The notes below the pieces were generated by a model. That model was not told the origin of the DNA, made no database searches, and worked only from the letters and a program-made list of their open reading frames with translations. Positions 53,232-64,000 of a DNA stretch of 64,000 nt are shown here, piece after piece (positions within the stretch are counted from its first letter, which is position 1; every line of letters begins with the position of its first letter). The position numbers and the translations under genes were made by a program. Source of the stretch: Lingula anatina (taxonomy: Eukaryota; Animalia; Brachiopoda); contig CM120643.1 of NCBI GenBank assembly GCA_051362555.1, positions 9,238,001-9,302,000 on the forward strand, in the 5' to 3' direction.

Positions 53232-53844
53232 TACATGGAGACATTAGTTTAGGGACCTGGAAATAGGTTATAAAGAATATCAATTTTCATTTGTAATTAA
53301 TAAACATCTTTAGGCCAACCTCACATCTGTTATTTGGTCCACTATGTTTGCATATCAGTAGGATTAGCTGCACCCAGTAAGAAGCCATCAAAATATATCT
53401 GAAACTCAAATTTTGTTACTTAGCTGACAGGTTTTCTCAATTAAGTGTGATGCACGATGTCTAGTTTTTACTATCAACCTTCACAATTTATACAGCGGAA
53501 TTCCCCTTCTTTAATTTCTGTCCAAAATACCCCCAAAACACCAATACCATGTTTTTTCACATTATCATATTGTGTTTGCTGAGGTTCAAAAAGGTTTTCC
53601 TGGTCAATTTTTGTTCAAAATTCTGCCTTCCTGATGTGAGCCCTCATTTCTCTTCTCCAACCCCTTACCCTCGTATAATCATCTTTGCAATAATAAAATT
53701 GGCCTAGTTCTTGAAACGCTGAATCAAACGCCATATAAATGGTAGCCTTAACAAAATTTTCAATTAAATGACAAAATTATACATCGCCACAATTATTTGT
53801 TTATCCACTTTGTTTAACATCTTACTAGAAACACCACAGTTTAC

Positions 53845-54129
53845 CTGAAATTAGCTGTTTTCATGCAGTGATATGGAAAGTCTTTCCCTTGAACTTCCAT
53901 ATTGGATTTTACCCATAATGCAGTCGAGAGATTATCTAGCCAATTAAACAAAGCGTTAAATTTTGGCTACGGGAAAAAACGCATGCTCTGATTGGCGATG
54001 GGTATATGATAACTGGCTGGACGGACGGAGAAGTGTTTTCGATAAATTTCTGAAATAACTACAATCACGATGAGCGAAGAACAAGAACCAGAAATATGTA
54101 TAAACCTTGTTGTTATGGGAATCGTAAAG
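53845..54129. promoter_or_regulatory. Bidirectional promoter and first non-coding exons of the C39-like gene (-) and MBTPS1 (+)
   Basis: Divergent donors: minus CAG|GTAAAC at 53845 and plus AAG|GTGAGA at 54129. ZNF143/Staf-type TTACCCATAATGCA 53909-53922, CCAAT 53940, ATTGG 53901 and 53991, ACTACAA near 54058. Confidence 0.65.
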
Positions 54130-54474
54130 GTGAGAGTTTTAGCAATCAATATTATTCAACATCTAGTGTCACATTGTACTTAGTAGTTGAGTCTGTTTTT
54201 TATGTAGTGTAGTGGTAAAATATAGGCCACATGTTTTATGAAATAAAACATAGTGTTTTCCTCCACTGTAACGTTTTTTTATTCATTTTAAAGCGAATTA
54301 CCTCTTCTATTACTGTCAACACAGTGTAAGAGTATCGGTGTTACCTCCTTACTTTCTCTTTGTCACGTGATAAGAAAGAATAAAAGGAAAATTATGGTGC
54401 AAAATGACCCGTTTATTTATTTTATTATTTTTGTGTGTGTGTGGTTTGTAACTTGAAATAATGTGTTCTGATAC

Positions 54475-54625
54475 CAGGCCCGTAGCCAGCAATTTCATAA
54501 GGGGGGTTCTTTTTCTGAAAAAGTGGACCTTTTCCCATAAAAACTTCATGTACCTAGATCAAATTTTACCCAGAGTGGACCTTTTCTCAGCAAAACCCCC
54601 CCGAACCCCCCTGGCTACGGGCCTG
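54475..54625. mobile_element. MITE with perfect 15-bp TIRs and a 5-bp TSD (same family as 45866, opposite orientation)
   Basis: CAGGCCCGTAGCCAG ... CTGGCTACGGGCCTG, flanked by GATAC on both sides. Confidence 0.85.
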
Positions 54626-55091
54626 GATACTAATCTTATAATCATGCTATTGGTCACCAGTGGACTCGGTTGAATTGGACAGTGATGCTAGAATCATTGA
54701 CTTTGTGTTGCTGGACAATGTTTCACATAACAACTTGAGTCAAAAGTTAACCACTCTCAATTTGATAAATTTAAAGGATATTTTGCCTTTTTGATTTTGA
54801 TAATACTTTGGTAGTCTATTCATAAGTCTCAGAAATCAGTTGTGATAATTAAACACATTCTTTTAAGCAGGCAACTATTTGACTAAAATAGCATGTCAGG
54901 TGGACTCTCCCCTCCTCCCCCCTCCTCCCTCTCCCATGAAAAAAGTTCTTGAAAAATTCTCTGATAAGATTCATTTTTAAGGATTTTAAGTAAATTTGGT
55001 ATATTTTTGGTTTTATACATCTAGCCACAGTACATGACATAGTTTCTTTCTCATGCTAGGTTTAAGCACATAAAAAATACAATTTGCTATA

Positions 55092-57975
55092 TTTGTACCA
55101 CCAGCGTAGGCGCTGGCGGTACACATGGTTTTAGTCCCGACCCGTATGTTCCGCCGGCTCCGCTGGCTCCTGCGGCTCCGCCGCCAAGTCACCATTACCG
55201 CTTCTCCTCCTAGACGGTAAGGGCCTCCATACCCATCTCTTGGATTTAGGTCACCTATAATCTCAACTCATTCCATGTAAAATTTGGGCTTTGTCGGTAT
55301 TGGGGTCTAGGTGTGGCACTCATTGCAATGCACCCTTGTCCAAAAATGGCAAAATTAAATGCTAATTATCTCCCCTACAGAAGGAATTATGGGAAAAATT
55401 TCTACAGACAGCTTTCCAAAAGTCATATGTGTAGATTTCAAATATGCCCTTGGATTTGACCTTTGACCTTTATTTTAAGGTCAAACGGGCCAAAATTTTC
55501 AAAAAAACAAAATTTTTGCCGAAAAAAAAATTATTTGCGGTCTTATTCAGACACCACACAGACTTAACTAATAATATTAATGGAAAGTGTTACCCTTCAG
55601 GTCATCTTTCATCTCCGTGAATTTGGGGTCAATCGGTGCATTTTCACGGGAGTAGCGGCCATAAGATATCGAAACTGAAAAATGTCTCTAATTCGGGAAC
55701 CGTTAATGCTAGACACCCATTCTTTTTTGCATTATGTAGAGCATGTAAAGCCCAACACTGGAGGTGGTCTCCGTTTTTTTGTATTCCATACGGTTTTCGA
55801 GTTACGCTGTATCAAAAAGTACATATTGGTGGTGAAAGCAAAATGTGCAGTACGGTAATGGATAATAAATTTTGAACTCCGGAAAAATAAAACATAAGGC
55901 TTGGCAAAGCAGACAACTTGTGGTCAAAAATGACATTATTTCATCAAATTTGAACATCTGGAACTTCAGAGCACCTCCCATTTCAAGAATTTTGACCAAA
56001 ATGACCTTTTCTTTATTTTGAACTTTGCAAATTTTGCTTCCTTTTTATCTCCAAAACTGGCAGAGATAGGTCCATAGTTTCTATTGAACTTGAATAGGAA
56101 GTCATATACTGGCAATCTAAATGTGACCTTAAAATTGACCTTTGACCTACTTTTCACCATGAACTGAACTTTGCAAATTTTGCTTCCCTTTTATCTCCAA
56201 AACTGGCAGAGATAGGTCCATAGTTACTATTGAAGTTGAATAGGAAGTCATATACTGGCAATCTAAATGTGACCGTAAAATTGACCTTTGACCTACTTTT
56301 CACCATGAACTGAACTTTGCAAATTTTGCTTCCCTTTTATCTCCAAAACTGGCAGAGATAGGTCCATAGTTACTATTGAACTTGAATAGGAAGTCATATA
56401 CTGGCAATCTAAATGTGACCTTAAAATTGACCTTTGACCTACTTTTCACCATGAACTGAACTTTGCAAATTTTGATTCCCTTTTATCTCCAAAACTGGCA
56501 GAGATAGGTCCATAGTTACTATTGAAGTTGAATAGGAAGTCATATACTGGCAATCTAAATGTGACCTTAAAATTGACCTTTGACCTACTTTTCACCATGA
56601 ACTGAACTTTGCAAATTTTGATTCCCTTTTATCTCCAAAACTGGCAGAGATAGGTCCATAGTTACTATTGAAGTTGAATAGGAAGTCATATACTGGCAAT
56701 CCAAATGTGACCTTAAAATTGACCTTTGACCTACTTTTCACCAAGAAATGAACTTTGCAAATTTTGCTTCCCTTTTATCTCCAAAGTTACGCTGTATCAA
56801 AAAGTCATATTGGTGGTGAAAGCAAAATGTGCAGTACGGTAATGGATAATAAATTTTGAACTCCGGAAAAATAAAACATAAGGCTTGGCAAAGCAGACAA
56901 CTTGTGGTCAAAAATGACATTTCATCAAATTTGAACATCTGGAACTTCAGAGCACCTCCCATTTCAAGAATTTTGACCAAAATGACCTTTTCTTTATTTT
57001 AATTAATTTTTTCTGTAGGAAATATATGGCACATTATGGTAACTCCAAAATTATAACATTTAGTCCCTTATATCTCCAAAACTGGCAGAGATACGTCCAT
57101 AGTTACTATTGAAGTTGAATAGGAAGACATATACTGGCAATCTAAATGTGACCTTAAAATTGACCTTTGACCTACTTTTCACCATGAACTGAACTTTGCA
57201 AATTTTGCTTCCCTTTTATCTCCAAAACTGGCAGAGATAGGTCCATAGTCTCTATTGAACTTGAACAGGAAGTCATATACTGGCAATCTACATGTGACCT
57301 TAAAATTGACCTTTGACCTACTTTTCACCATGAACTGAACTTTGCAAATTTTGCTTCCCTTTTATCTCTAAAACTGGCAGAGATAGGTCCATAGTCTCTA
57401 TTGAAGTTGAATAGGAAGTCATATACTGGCAATCTAAAAGTGACCTTAAAATTGACCTTTGACCTACTTTTCACCATGAACTGAACTTTGCATAGTTTGC
57501 TTCCCCTTTATCTCCAAAACTGGCAGAGATAGGTCCATAGTTACTATTGAATGTGAATAGGAAGTCATATACTGGCAATCTAAGTGTGACCTTGAAATTG
57601 ACCTTTGACCTACTTATTATCATGAACTGAACTCTGCTAATTTCTTTCTCTTTTAACTCTAAACCTGGCAGAGATAGGCCCATAGTTACTATTGAAGTTG
57701 AATAGGAAGTCATATACTGGCAATTTACTGTGACCTTGGAATTGACCTTTGACCTACCTTGCGATGAACTTAACTTTGATTGTACCATTTTTAGTAATAT
57801 ATATATTTTTTGCATATTTTGAAAATTCTTGTTGATTGCATTTTTACAGCTTGTCAAGCACAAGACTGGTGGCTGTGTTCCTTATTTTGTATATGTGGGG
57901 GTCTATATGAATGCGCTTGCTCCAGCTGGTGGTACAATATTCGGAGGCGGTATCGCCTCTCTGATCCTCTAGTTT
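55092..57975 (+). mobile_element. Helentron-associated (HINE/DINE-1-like) non-autonomous element with central satellite
   Basis: 5' subTIR TGTACCACCAGC (55094-55105) with nearby IR GCTGGCGGTACA (55112-55123), a CCG-rich microsatellite, a 146-bp tandem array, 3' subTIR GCTGGTGGTACA (57925-57936), hairpin GAGGCG-GTAT-CGCCTC (57944-57959), and end CTAGTTT. T-rich insertion site. Confidence 0.8.
56020..57780. repeat. 146-bp satellite array, about 10 units in two blocks, inside the HINE-like element
   Basis: GAACTGAACTTTGC recurs at 56161, 56307, 56453, 56599 and so on. The blocks are separated by a duplicate (56786-57000) of 55801-56020. Confidence 0.95.
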
Positions 57976-58072
57976 CCTTTCAGTTTTGATGATGATGTAG
58001 CAGCTACTACTTAGAGGGACTCCTTTTCTGGCACTGACTGGACATCTCTAACAGAATGCAATACTATATAAC

Positions 58073-63881
<5,809 letters not shown>

Positions 63882-64000
63882 GTATGTGACAGCAGTGCAA
63901 TGATTCAGTGCCTAATTGTATTCATCTTTGACTTCAGGCTTTTTCTGTTTCTCTGGAGATTCCACAGCAGAAAGTGTGCATCAGCTACAGTCTTGGGTTT

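Noticed and set aside
56020-57780. ORFs in the 146-bp array (55802, 55966, 56738, 57471)
   Set aside because: Chance open frames in satellite DNA, with no protein motifs.

Overview
AT-rich, intron-rich animal genomic DNA. An invertebrate such as a mollusc or other lophotrochozoan is likely, but that is inference. Six spliced genes can be assembled by hand with canonical GT-AG junctions and consistent phases: (1) GMDS, exons 1-2, minus strand, running off the left edge; (2) head-to-head with it, a 5-exon, 314-aa gene encoding two SAM domains fused to a clan AA (retropepsin-like) aspartic protease with an intact DSG motif; (3) a speriolin/SPATC1-like gene with a long acidic repeat extension and two perfect CRE sites; (4) an AQP4-type aquaporin with an NPA/NTA motif pair; (5) an uncharacterised 1125-aa minus-strand protein with a large disordered N-terminus and a C39/papain-like Cys-His-Asn domain; (6) head-to-head with it, MBTPS1 (site-1 protease), running off the right edge. 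A 111-aa orphan ORF may be a seventh gene. Introns carry two Tc1 relics with perfect TIRs, a Ginger1-like foldback element, a Helentron/HINE-like element with a 146-bp satellite rich in DR1 sites, and Harbinger-like and 5-bp-TSD MITEs. The best novelty candidate is the SAM-SAM-aspartic protease. Next are the C39-like protease and a 12-copy array that multiplies one of its splice acceptors. No database searches were run, so all family assignments come from motif recognition.
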